Assembly (NCBI GenBank): GCA_032718475.1
Contig: JAUCBJ010001802.1
Location: 1 to 64,000 of the forward strand
Direction: 5' to 3'
DNA: 64,000 bases
Source of the DNA: Nemertoderma westbladi
Lineage: Eukaryota; Animalia; Xenacoelomorpha
This document shows positions 40,864-53,100 of the stretch, piece by piece. The number at the start of each line of letters is the position of its first letter. The first letter of the stretch is position 1. The notes under the pieces were generated by a model that saw only the letters and a program-made list of their open reading frames with translations, searched no databases and was not told the origin of the DNA. The position numbers and the translations under genes were made by a program.

Positions 40864-41720
40864 CAAGGGAATTTCGGAAATTTTCTTCTTTACCAAAGTG
40901 TTTATAACAGTTTCAGGACAGACAATATTGATGCATTTTGATTAACTTTCAATATATACACTGGTTAAGAGACGAGATTCACTAACATTCACCATGAACT
41001 TGTATCCTAAAATCGAAAAAACCCATTTTTGAGCAAAAAAACTTTGACGCCCAAAAAAAGGAATTAAATAAAAAATAAAGAGGTGGCATCCGGCCTAGCA
41101 GGATTCGCCATGTCTTGAAGTACAAAAATCAGGTGGTTGCCAACCATTAACAAAAATGCCATCTAAACTTAATTTTAGGGAGTTGGCAGGTAGACTATTA
41201 TGAATATTATTGCTTATTGTTTTATTTTCTGTCCCGGTGTATTTCACTCCATACAGTATGTATAAGCAATAATTATTTTATTCCATTTAAAAGGAGAATG
41301 GCCTACTCTCCTTCTGCATTATCAGAAATTTGTTCATTTTATCACAATGATCTGAGATTTTTTACTGTTAAATATGAGTTTAAAAAGCAACGTTAAGCAT
41401 TTTCTTCAAAAACATATTGCACTTTTTGTAGACCATCGGTTTTTTCAAATAGTGAAAATTTTTTAGGCTTTACTGTATATGTAAAATATCTCGTATAAAA
41501 GGATTATTAATATGTCCTCTTCAGTTTCAGTATTAACGCTCCAAAATTGTGGGACAGTAGATCTCTAAATATGTAGGCCTACGCATTCTTCTATGAAAAT
41601 TTCAACACAAAATCACACCTTTTTTTTAATTTAAGGGAGTTTTGGTTAGGGCTCTATATTGGCCATCAAATATCATAATTAATATTGGTATTTAGGAAAA
41701 ATGTGTGGTTTCATATTATA

Positions 41721-41860
41721 ATTTTCGCTGGGCAAAGCTTAACGAAATGATGATAACCCCGCCGGTATTTCCCTGAGCCGGTATTTCCAACCTGGAGGTC
41801 ACCAGTTCGACCCCACCTGGACGTGAAAACTGACGTTTCTAAGCTGCGCCCAGCGAAAAT
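41721..41860. mobile_element. Small MITE (~140 bp)
   Basis: ATTTTCGCTGGGCAAAGCTTA ... TAAGCTGCGCCCAGCGAAAAT inverted termini. Confidence 0.7.
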
Positions 41861-44083
41861 AATAATTAAATATTATATGATCTCCAAAGGGTAGGTGGGA
41901 TATAAGCCTACTATTCGGTTCTAGAACTAGAACATACAAATGGCCACAGGCCAGGTATTAAAACCGTCGAAATAATTATTTTCTTTGGAGCTTGTTTGTT
42001 CCAAAATTGACCTTGTTCAATTTTAGCGAAATTTTGATCAAAGCCAATGTTATTTTATTTTTCCTCATATGCGTCTTTAAAATTTTCCAAAATTAGGCTA
42101 TCAAAAACACTGTATAACCAACAAAACAACACATTCTAACAATTTTATACTTATATTATATTTTAGGGTCCTCCAGATAAAAGTGGCCCTATTCCATCGA
42201 AAAAAACCGTGCTGCTAAGGACTGCCAAACCGATAAATCGAATTTGAGAAATAAACAAGATCAACTGCTTCAGATATGAAATCTCCATTACATTCGACAC
42301 AAGATAAAACTATGAAACAAATTTTAGAATATTCAGCACAGGGGGTGCTGTGTTACAATCCCACCCCAGTGAGTCCAAGATACACCTCACACCCGCGTCC
42401 CTCTTTCTTCCAATATTTTTATAAATAGGCTTACTGTACCACTCAATGTACGTAATGTACTGCCGCGCCGCGAAGCCGGTGGTAAGGAATTCTGCAATAT
42501 CTGAATCGCACTGTATGCTACTGTTGTGAAATGTTGTGAAAGTAATATAATGTTATTCTTAATAAACCTACATTAAAAGGCAAAAAACAAATTAGGCTAC
42601 ATTGTAAATTATTGTTGGGTTTGACCCGAATATGAGCCTTATTGTTTTTTTTTTATAAAAAATAGGTAGTATATCATCTCGACCCTCCCAAAGTGTACAG
42701 AATATTATGGTGTGGCTGTTTGTTACCAGCGAGAATTGAAAGATTTAGATTATTGGAATTTGAATGAGGTTAAATATTGCCCATTACCCAACCAGAGCAT
42801 CCAATTCCTAGACCAAACTGATTCATCTTGACCCTCCCAGACTATAGAGATTATGTAGTTGGACGTTCCCAGCAAGAATTCAAAAATGTCGTCTTAGATT
42901 AGGTGAGTTTTAACGAGGTTCGGTATTAGCCAATTAGAGCATCACCATCACATACCTAGATCTCAGACCCTATGAATCTGTAAATTTGCGAGTAAACTGC
43001 GGTACCTAATACCATGTAGAGTTAGACGTCGATAGATATGATAGAAATTATTCCATCCAATGAGTCATAATATGGGGTTTGGGGCAAAGATAATTTATTA
43101 ATATTCATTTATATTTATAATTTAAATTAGGTAAAATAATTAATATATATAATTATTACATTGGCAACAATTAAAAAACGATGATAACTTACAGTACCGT
43201 AGATACAGCCCATTCTACATTGCCCAATTTCAGAATAAAATTAAAAACAGCTTTATAAAATGCAATAGACTACGTAACTATTCAACTATTTATTATATAG
43301 AAAGGTGATTGATTATAATAATAATAATACAACTGAAAATAAAACTGAAAATGATATAAAACTAATAAACACAGTTAAATAAATTCGCACAATTGGCTTG
43401 ATAGAAATAACTGAAAAGTCAATATAAACTTATTGAGTACGTAGTTAATTAAAGACCAGGAAACAATAAGAAAAATGAATGCTGGAAGTGGAATGCATCA
43501 AAAAATTAAATAAAATATAATTTACGACAAAGAGTAATAATGTCGTAGGTACATTATCGCAACATAGTGTTCTGAGAGTATTACTGTATGCTAAAGCTTA
43601 CCTTATTGTTGGAACATTGTAAGTATGTGTTGTATTTGAAATTCTATATATACTGTAAATGAGGATTATTAATAGTTTTTTTTTTAGCGCGATGATAAGG
43701 TAACTAATTAATTATAAGTTACAGTATACAGATATACGTAATCATATCAGTTATAATTTAGGTTTAGTTCTCATAGTGTATCGTGATTTAACCTGGAGCG
43801 CTAGAGCTCTATTATTAGTTCTCACTACACTAGCTAGTCAGACTAGATGGCAATGGCACCAATTAATTTCCGTGTTTACCTGTTAGCCCCCATGTATATA
43901 ATTTTATTATCAATTGGAATTGGTAACAAGATCGCTTATTGTTTTGGTTACAAAAATAATAATATTGTAATATTAATATATTATTATTATATTGTAAATA
44001 ATATTGCACGGCTACTTGACGCTAGTGAGGGCGCAGTGGTGTTACGCTACTCCCTCGATACGGATAGTCGCATTACTTTTCCA

Positions 44084-44760
44084 GTAGCCGTAACGTACGT
44101 TACAGTCCCGTTACTGCTACTGTCGCGTTACAACTACTGTCGCGTTACGGCTACTCCCTGGTGTTGTTTTACTTAGATTAATCCTATAGATGTTGATAAG
44201 AGGCTCATTAAAAATTAAATTAAATAAAACGAGAACGTCACAGATTTCAGATCTCTATAAGACAATTTTTCAATTTCATTCTAATAGAAAGCTATTGCAC
44301 TTCGCGCCATTTATATAATTAAATTATCGAGTTAACGGCCCCGAATGGCAGCTGGTTCTGTGCAGCGTGCAGTTAGCCGCTTATGGATCGGCAACGAAGT
44401 TGTGGTTCTAATAGAGATCTTCTAGAGAATAATATCTTACACGTCTATAAAAGTATCTAAGTAAAACAACACAAGGGCGAACCCGCAACGGGAAAGTAGC
44501 CGTAACGGGACAGCAGCCATAACGGGACACCCCGTAACGGTACTACCCGTAACAGGACACTCCGTAACGGGACAGTAGCCGTAATGCAACTAGACAGTAG
44601 CCGTAACGGGACAGTAGCCGTAACGAGACAGTAGCCGTAACGTGATAGTAACCGTATTGGGACAAAAACCGTAACGGGACAGTAGCCGAAACGCAACGCG
44701 ACAGTAGCCATAACGCAACGGGACAGTAACCGCAACGGGACAGTAGCCGTAACGAGACCA
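44084..44760. mobile_element. Degenerate foldback element with 17-bp GTAGCCGTAACGGGACA arm repeats
   Basis: Inner arm ends CCCTGGTGTTGTTTTACTTAGAT (to 44178) and ATCTAAGTAAAACAACACAAGGG (from 44455) are inverted copies, each flanked outward by oppositely oriented 17-bp repeats. Confidence 0.7.
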
Positions 44761-44928
44761 CAACCTAGTGAGAACTAAGAAGATGGACACCGGGTGCTGA
44801 TAAGTTAACATAATGTAAAAAAATCCTGTGAAATCCTATGGGTTAGGAGCACAGACAGCACTGATTAATGATTATAACTAATTTTGAACCACAGTCCCCA
44901 ATCCATGCGTTAGAAGCATCAAACTACA

Positions 44929-47055
44929 TTAAAATGAGGGTATATAGGTATCTAAAATGCTCTTGCAACTTGGTCGCCTTTCTGGGTTGATATCAACCAT
45001 TGTTTTAATCGCTGACGAAACACAAGGAAACTTCTTTTCGAAGTCGTCCAGTAAACATCCCGTGGTACTACCGGTGCGCAGTTTATTAAATATCTGAGTT
45101 CGATCTTCCTTATCACAAGGATGGTAGATCTCCAGCAGTATTAAACCCAAAGCAAATATGTCCGCTGGTTGACCATAATCAGTGCCGTACTGCTCTGGAC
45201 TCATATATAAAGGCGTACCAACACGGGATGTCTGTTCAATCTTATCTATTTGGGCGTTGTTGCAAGGTCCATGTTCTGGTTTTCTCTGTATGCTACTAAC
45301 TAAACCGAAATCTCCAATTTTAACTTTACCACCATTTGCAAATAGGATATTCGAAGGTTTCAAATCCCTGTGAATTAAACGACCTCCATCGTAATTGTGT
45401 ATATACTCAACACCGGTAACTATACTTTCGAAGTATTTACGCCCTTTGGGGTAATCACGGTTGACAGGGTTTTCGTCCAGCCACTGGCGAAGTGTCCCCC
45501 CCGTGCACAGTTCCAACTGGATGTACAGGTAGGGGCATATCAAGCTGCTCGCTCCCCCATCAGTTGAAGATTCCTTCAAACTGACCTCGGAATGTTTTCC
45601 TAAATTATCATATGTTTTACTTGAATTGGTTGTCGATCTACAACTACATTCGAGAGTGTCGTATTTGGATCTGGCATCAACTTTAACCATCCTCTCCAAC
45701 TTACTGTCATGATGTTTAACCCATCCGGCTGGAGGTGTTTCAATCCAACATGAAGAATATCCCACGATATTCGGATGCTGCAGCGACGATAGAACACGAA
45801 CTTCCCTTAGAAGCCTATCTTTCTTGTCTTTATCACCATAATTAGCAATGGCGATGCGTTTAACAGCATAGGGTTTATCTTCCAAACGGTGTTGCACTTT
45901 AAAAACAACCCCAAAGGTACCGCCACCGATATATTTAACATCATCAAAATTATCTTTGAAAAAAGATAGGAATTCACGATCTTCCTTTGTCTCAGGTTCA
46001 GGATGTGTTATATCTATATGTTGTCCAATTGTAGTGTCAGCAATCTCATTATGCTGCGTTGTCCCACCAGCAACATCCATATTCTGAGTTCTTCCACCAG
46101 TTACCTCTCTATGCTGTGTTGTCCCACCAGCAACCTCTCTATGCTGCGTTGACCCACCAGCAACCTCACTATGAAGGGCTTGCACTTTGGCGGCTTTCCC
46201 GAGATGCTTTAAAGATTCATTATGTTCTCTAAAAGGTTCTGCTCCAGTTGTCTGTATGCCACAAATATTACAGAAAAACTTATTTTTTTCAGATGGTGAA
46301 TCAACAGCACCAGCAACTATCACTGTACTGGTACTGGGACTGGTAGGTTGTAAATTCCCATCAGGAACTAAACTCTCTGCTACTTTTTTCTTATGTTTAG
46401 TAGAATCCAAATGTTGTTGAAATGGTGCATCCCCAGACATATGTACTCGGCATTGTTTGCAGTCATGTATACCATCGTAATCGGATTCAATTATGTTTGT
46501 TAGTGACTCCTGTTTTGCAACTCTTTTGTTGTGTCCTCCGGACTCCAAATGCTGCTTGAGGGAAGCAGCCCCAGACATATGTAGTTGACATGGTTTGCAA
46601 TCAAATTGACCATTGAAAGAGTCAGAAGAAGCAATGGGCATGATAGGTGGGCACGGGTTGACGTTGACAGAAGTTTTAAATACCTCCTCACACTTCCGCA
46701 TATGTTTACTTGATTGTTCATGCTGCTTCTGGTTATCTCTTCCCGACACTTTAAGGCGACATATTTTACACGTATAAACATCACTGAGAACTGACTTGAG
46801 ATCTTCCTTATTTCGCGTGTGCTTCAGAGATAGATAGTGTTGTTTGAGAGGCTCTGGTCCGTTTACGGTGACATCACAGATTTTGCATTTATAAAAACCG
46901 CCATTGTCAGGTTGACATTCGTCTTTCAACTTCAGCAAAAGTTGAAGTTCTTCTATTTTGCGGTTGTGTTTATCAGAATCATGATGTTGTTTTAGAGGAG
47001 CTGGTCCAGTTAGGCGGATCTGGCAAATTTGGCAATCTAAGATTCCATTAAACAT
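44929..47055 (-). CDS. eIF2-alpha kinase (PERK/PKR-type domain) with six N-terminal JAZ/matrin-type C2H2 zinc fingers; intronless
   Basis: Six C-x2-C-x12-H-x5-H fingers. Kinase motifs GGGTFGVV, YAVKRI, REV..L..L.HPNIV.Y...W, insert, YLYIQLELC, IHRDLKPSNI, KIGDFGL, VGTPLYMSPEQ, DIFALGLILLE. Confidence 0.92.
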   Translation of the reverse strand: MFNGILDCQICQIRLTGPAPLKQHHDSDKHNRKIEELQLLLKLKDECQPDNGGFYKCKICDVTVNGPEPLKQHYLSLKHTRNKEDLKSVLSDVYTCKICRLKVSGRDNQKQHEQSSKHMRKCEEVFKTSVNVNPCPPIMPIASSDSFNGQFDCKPCQLHMSGAASLKQHLESGGHNKRVAKQESLTNIIESDYDGIHDCKQCRVHMSGDAPFQQHLDSTKHKKKVAESLVPDGNLQPTSPSTSTVIVAGAVDSPSEKNKFFCNICGIQTTGAEPFREHNESLKHLGKAAKVQALHSEVAGGSTQHREVAGGTTQHREVTGGRTQNMDVAGGTTQHNEIADTTIGQHIDITHPEPETKEDREFLSFFKDNFDDVKYIGGGTFGVVFKVQHRLEDKPYAVKRIAIANYGDKDKKDRLLREVRVLSSLQHPNIVGYSSCWIETPPAGWVKHHDSKLERMVKVDARSKYDTLECSCRSTTNSSKTYDNLGKHSEVSLKESSTDGGASSLICPYLYIQLELCTGGTLRQWLDENPVNRDYPKGRKYFESIVTGVEYIHNYDGGRLIHRDLKPSNILFANGGKVKIGDFGLVSSIQRKPEHGPCNNAQIDKIEQTSRVGTPLYMSPEQYGTDYGQPADIFALGLILLEIYHPCDKEDRTQIFNKLRTGSTTGCLLDDFEKKFPCVSSAIKTMVDINPERRPSCKSILDTYIPSF

Positions 47056-47196
47056 AATTATTGTAGTGTATTGTAACCCTATTGCGTTAGGCCTATATTG
47101 TATTAAAGCCTATAATTAATTACAAGAGCTGAAGAGTACTTTAAACCTCTACCTACAGTTGACAGTACCAGAGTACTGCAGTAAAGAAGCACCTTC

Positions 47197-49619
47197 CCGT
47201 ACAAGGTCATCTAAATAACAGGCCATGACAAGGGCCTAGCCTGCAAAATTATCGTAGACTGACTGCTGAATTATCAACCATGAATGCAGGGTCCATATTT
47301 AAAAGAAAAATTTTCGTAAAGAATTTAATTGAAACAGTATTTAATAATTAATTAATGATCGCTCGAGTTCCTGCAGCTTTTGTTTGTCTGTGGCTGCCTC
47401 TGGCTATGTTTGTGGCAGGAATGTTTGAACGCTAATAAGTCGGTCAATCAAGGATGAAATGGAACCAAACTTGGTACACATATTCTATCAAAAATTTAGA
47501 AATTAGACTTATAGACAGATTACAGACTTATACAGTTCCTCTGTCTGCCGCTAGGGGGGTGAAATAATGTAAATAATAATGTAAATAAAATAATAACGTA
47601 AAAATAGCAGATAATTATAGAACCAACCATCAGATTCATCTGAAATTTGGTAGCAGTAACCTACGAGCATTGCATAATTAGAAATTCTACACATAGACAG
47701 ACTTTTACACCTCTGTCTGCCGCTAGGGGGCGAAATTGACAGAAACGTAAAAATAGCTGTAATTATAGAACCAGAATCAGATAACCTACGAGCATTACTT
47801 AATTCGAAAACCTACACACAGACAGACTTTTACAGTTCCTGTCTGCCGCTAGGGGGAATTGTTAGAGCTCCAGTTCAACGTGCTTAGCACGGTTTAATAA
47901 ACAATAAATTCATTATTTATTCATTACAGCGCCGTAATTATAACAGTAAATGCTATTTATTCTATTTTCCATTGAAATCAAGAGACGGGGGGTGGGACTG
48001 GTCGCAAATCCCATCTTGGCGAATTAATATCCCGCCTCAATATTAAATTATCAATTTTGGGAAAGGAGCAGGTTATAGTGGCACGATATTTTAACCAAAA
48101 CAATAAACTAAACACAATAGAACAGGTTACCAAATGTTGGTGTTGGTGGGCTGTTATCAAATGGAAATCAAATACCAAAAATATATTTATAATATGAACA
48201 ATGTATTTGGAAAAAGTTTGGCCTTTTTTACCAAAAGCTCAGTATCTTTATCTGATGTGTTTTATTTTATTATTTTACCAATTATTTAATATGTTTGATA
48301 GAATTGAACAACATTTGCTTAAATAATCAGATGGCACTAGCTGTAGCTGAGCCCAGTCAGCCAGTTGTTAATAAGAGAAAAATATCGGCTGTAAATACAG
48401 TTTTACACAAGATGACAAGGGCGTTACATCCTGTTGTATAAGAAATATAAAATGTAACACAAAATACAAGACTATCGGCTAATCGGGAGGAATAACTACT
48501 GAACTAAACCTCCCCGACTGTACTGATTATCCATAAGATAAGTATCATCGTGGTCTCTTTGAATACTACCTGGCATTTTATGTCCAATATAATGCGCTTC
48601 CTGAATGTCGACTTCCTCAAATTCCGAGTATAAATAAATAACAATAACAAAAAAACATAATTATAAACAGATCAGAGCTATCCAGCTATCGGTATCAACC
48701 AACTCTCTATCCACCTCGAGCTTCGAGTCGAGAATACGAGAAACTCTATCGAAGTACCTGCTTATCCCAGTAGTATCCGTCCGTAGTCACTGGACCGCTG
48801 CTGTTTATTCCCGTAGAACAGTAGAATTCCCGCAACTTCCGACCCAATTCGACAACAAATTCGCCTCACACTTTCGCGTCGCAGAGAACGTTATCCGGGC
48901 AGCCGGGCGATACACGTCTGCCTACCGTTCAACCATTTCCCCCAGACGATCCCAGGATCCTGGCAGCCTGGATCCGGGACGCCGCTAAACCCAGATCGCA
49001 ATCTTCGACGATTCGTCCAGTCGTCGACGTAAGTCGGACTCTTCCCACTGCCCACCGCACTCCAAGGTGGGCTGGTGGGAGGCCGGAGTGAGGCATGAGG
49101 AACTTGGCAGTGGCCCGCATTATGATCCGACCGACCGCCGTATTCCCAGTGTACAGGTGTAGTAAATAGAATCGCACTGCTGTACTGACAGCAAGCAATT
49201 CCGTGTATTTATTCCTCTGTTAATCACATCTTGATGCCACTCGTCTGCTCGGGTCCAGATACATCGGACTGTCGGAAGTGTTTCAGACAGCAATGGAGCG
49301 GCATTTGCGGATATTTCCGATGGTTTTATAAATAAATAAGGGGATTCAATGTTAAAACAAATGGATTATTCCAAACCCCAATATACAGATATACCTAACA
49401 GTCTGACAGTAGGCCTATATCAGTATATTATGTATTACTGTATTCAGTATTAGGCCTATAGCTGTATAGCTTAGCCTGTCAGCCTGTTACTGTTAGGTAC
49501 AGTTTAAGTACCAAACTCAGCTCAGTCAGTCAGTCTGCCTACGATAATTTTGAAGGCGAGGTCCTTGTCATGGCCTGTTATTTAGATGGCATTGGCTGAT
49601 TGGTCCCGTACTTGTACGG
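47197..49619. mobile_element. ~2.4-kb DNA-transposon derivative bounded by ~60-bp inverted repeats, carrying nested repeats
   Basis: CCGTACAAG..CATCTAAATAACAGGCCATGACAAGG..CAAAATTATCGTAG (47197-47257) is the inverse of 49539-49619, allowing a ~20-nt indel. Confidence 0.65.
47360..47895 (+). mobile_element. Interspersed repeat resembling Helentron-associated (DINE/HINE-like) elements; related copies at ~55770-55920 and ~57165-57390
   Basis: Shared AATGTTTGA...AAGTCGGTCAATC..GATGAAAT core, three CTGTCTGCCGCTAGGGG subrepeats, and a 3' hairpin CGTGCTTAGCACG. Confidence 0.55.
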
Positions 49620-50162
49620 TACTACAGGCGTACACAGTAGCAGTACCCAGCGTAGCTCTGTACAGCTGTAGCTCTGTAGCTTAGCAATGTGGCTGTAGAC
49701 AGCTACCGGTATTACTGTATTAATAGGCATACCGCAGTAGGCCTACTGTATAATGCTGTAGTGTAGGTAAACAACATTACTGTATAATAATAAATCAGTA
49801 AAAAATGCAGAAAAAGACTAGGCCTACTTACGGTACCTACTCCTACTGATTTATTAAATGGGTTTGACATGCATCAATGTCAATGTCAAACAACTAATCT
49901 AGCACCTAATTTCTTTTTGAAACATATCGTATCTAATGCGTATCTATCTAATGTATCGCGGTATTGGTAAATGCGATGAAGTTTGGGGTATGTTCTCAGT
50001 GGTGTCAATTGGATATCTCTACGAGAAAAGCCTCACATAAATGTAATACACAGTACTGTAGCCTAAGCAGACAAATCACAATTAGTGCGATGTGCGATGT
50101 GTGAATGTGAAATGTTATCCCTATCCGCAACCTGGGAAACGGCCTAAAAGAGCAGTTTATTA

Positions 50163-53100
50163 CAATAGTATCTACATCATTGTCCAGAATTGGGTGTTTC
50201 CCTTCACTTCTATGGGGCTTTCTATTATTCCTACCTGTCCCAAATACGTTGTGTAATGATTTCCAACCTGTCCAATATAGGGGCATCCAATCAAATCATC
50301 ATATGAGCCAACTCCTCGTCATCGGACCAATACCAACATTCCTAAAGTTAGGCATCTCCCTTATTGGCTATATAATGTAAAGGTTAATGGAAAATTCCAC
50401 TGATATATAAACCAAGTGTCAACTACGTATCCAGGGCTCATTATTATAACAAACAACCTATACTGGACAGAGCAAAGTATTTGGGACAAGAGCTGGTTGA
50501 GGTATATGTGTATATGTTGTGGAAATTCCCATTCTATATAAGGGCATTTGGAATACTTGTTCCCTAGTTATGGTTAAAGATATACTGTGGGTGCCTTGCA
50601 AATGGCCTGTAAGACTGTGATGCATTGTGTGTCATCATAGTCATGTTATTTAATTTCATGTTGTGCAATTTATTCATTTTGTGCAATTTATTCATGTTGT
50701 GCAATTTATTCATTGTGCAATGTATTCATGTGGTGCAATTTATTCATGTGGTATAACAATAATTAAATGACAATCAAATTAGTGATATTGCAACCTCCTC
50801 CCCAGACTCAACTTCATCCCAAATAGTCCTTAATAAGTCTTAAATTTGACTCAAATAGGTTGTTAGTGTCCCATATAGGGTGTTTGTGTTCCATATAGGT
50901 TGATTTTGTCCAAAATAGCCTGTAGCTTTATCAAAATTATTTCAAATAGTTTATAAATGTAAAGGAGTACTGAAAAGAATATCGACTTCATAATCATAGT
51001 TTTAATTCCAATTTGCCCCAAATAGGTTGTTTATGTCCCATATAGAGTGTGTGTGTCCCACACAGTGTGTTTTTGTACCAAATAGCATGTAACTTTCTCA
51101 AAATGATTTCATATAGTTTATAAATATAATGGAAATACTCAAAATAAAATAGAATCCACTATCATAGCTTTAATTTAAATTTATCCCAAATAGGTTGTTT
51201 GTGTCCCATATAGGGTGTTTGTGTCCCGTATATGGTGTGAAGTGCTTATAATGATTTCAAATAGTTTTGAAATGTAATGGAATACTCAAAAGAATATAGA
51301 ATTCACTATCATAGCTTTCATTTAAATTTGTCCCAAATAGGTTGCTTGTGTCCCATATAGGGTGTTTGTGTCCCAAATAGCGTGTGACTTTCTCAAAATG
51401 ATTCTAAATAGTTTCTAAATCTCATGGAATACTCAAAAAATATAGAAGTCACTACTATAGCTTTAATTTCAATTTGTCCCAAATATGTTGTTTTTGTCCC
51501 ATATAGGGTGTTTGTGTCCCGTATAGGGTGTGAATTGCTTATAATGATTTCAAATATTTTCTAAATTTAAGGGAATACTCAAAAGAATATAGAATTCACT
51601 AACATAGCTTTATTTTCAATTTGTCCCAAATAGGTTGTTTTTGTCCCATATAGGGTGTTTGTGTGCCAAATAGCGTGTGAATTTCTCAAAATGATCTTAC
51701 ATAGTTTATAAATAATATAATGGAATACTCAAAAGAAAATATAATTCACTATCAGAGCGTTAATTTAAAAACCTATTTGGGACAAATTGAAATTAAAGCT
51801 ATATGGTGTCCTAGTGAATTCTATATTCTTTTGAGTATTCCATGAGATTTATAAACTAATTTTTAAAATCATTTTGAGAAAGTCACACGCTATTTGGGAC
51901 ACAAACACCCTATATGGGACACAAACACCTTATATGGGACACAAGCAACCTATTTGGGATACATTTAAATTAAAGCTACTGTATGATAGTGGATTCTATT
52001 TTTTTTGAGTATTTCCATTATATTTATAAACTATGTAAAATCATTTTGAGAAAGTCACACGCTATTTGGGACACAAACACCCTATATGGGACACAAACAC
52101 CTAATATGGGACACAAACAACATATTCGGGACAAATTTAAATTAAAGCTCTGATAGTGAATTCTATATTCTTTTGAGTATTCCATTACATTTAGAAAATA
52201 TTTGAAATCATTATAAGCAATTCACACCCTATACGGGACACAAACACCCTATATGGGACAAAAACAACCTATTTGGGACAAATTGAAATTAAAGCTATAG
52301 TAGTGACTTCTATATTTTTTGAGTATTCCATGAGATTTAGAAACTATTTAAAATCATTTTGAGAAAGTCACACGCTATTTGGTACACAAACACCCTATAT
52401 GGGACACAAGCAACCTATTTGGGGCAAATTTAAATGAAAGCTATGATAGTGAATTCTATATTCTTTTGAGTATTCCATTACATTTCAAAACTATTTGAAA
52501 TCATTATAAGCACTTCACACCATATATGGGACACAAACACCCTATATGGGACATAAACAACCTATTTGGGACAAATTGGAATTAAAGCTATGATTATGAA
52601 GTCGATATTCTTTTCAGTACTCCTTTACATTTATAAACTATTTGAAATAATTTGGATAAAGCTACTGGCTATTTTGGACAAAATCAACCTATATGGAACA
52701 CAAACACCCTATATGGGACACTAACAACCTATTTGAGTCAAATTTAAGACTTATTAAGGACTATTTGGGATGAAGTTGAGTCTGGGGAGGAGGTTGCAAT
52801 ATCACTAATTTGATTGTCATTTAATTATTATTATACCACATGAATAAATCGTACCACATGAATACATTGCACAATAAATAAATTGCACAACATGAATAAA
52901 TTGCACAAAATGAATAAATTGCACAACATTAAATTAAATAACATGACTATGATGACACACAATGCATCACAGTCTTACAGGCCATTTGCAAGGCACCCAC
53001 AGTATATCTTTAACCATAACTAGGGAACAAGTATTCCAAATGCCCTTATATAGAATGGGAATTTCCACTGTACATATACCTCAACCAGCTCTTGTCCCAA

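Noticed and set aside
48420-49300. Possible LTR/gag remnant
   Set aside because: No second LTR, primer-binding site or recognisable protein motif.
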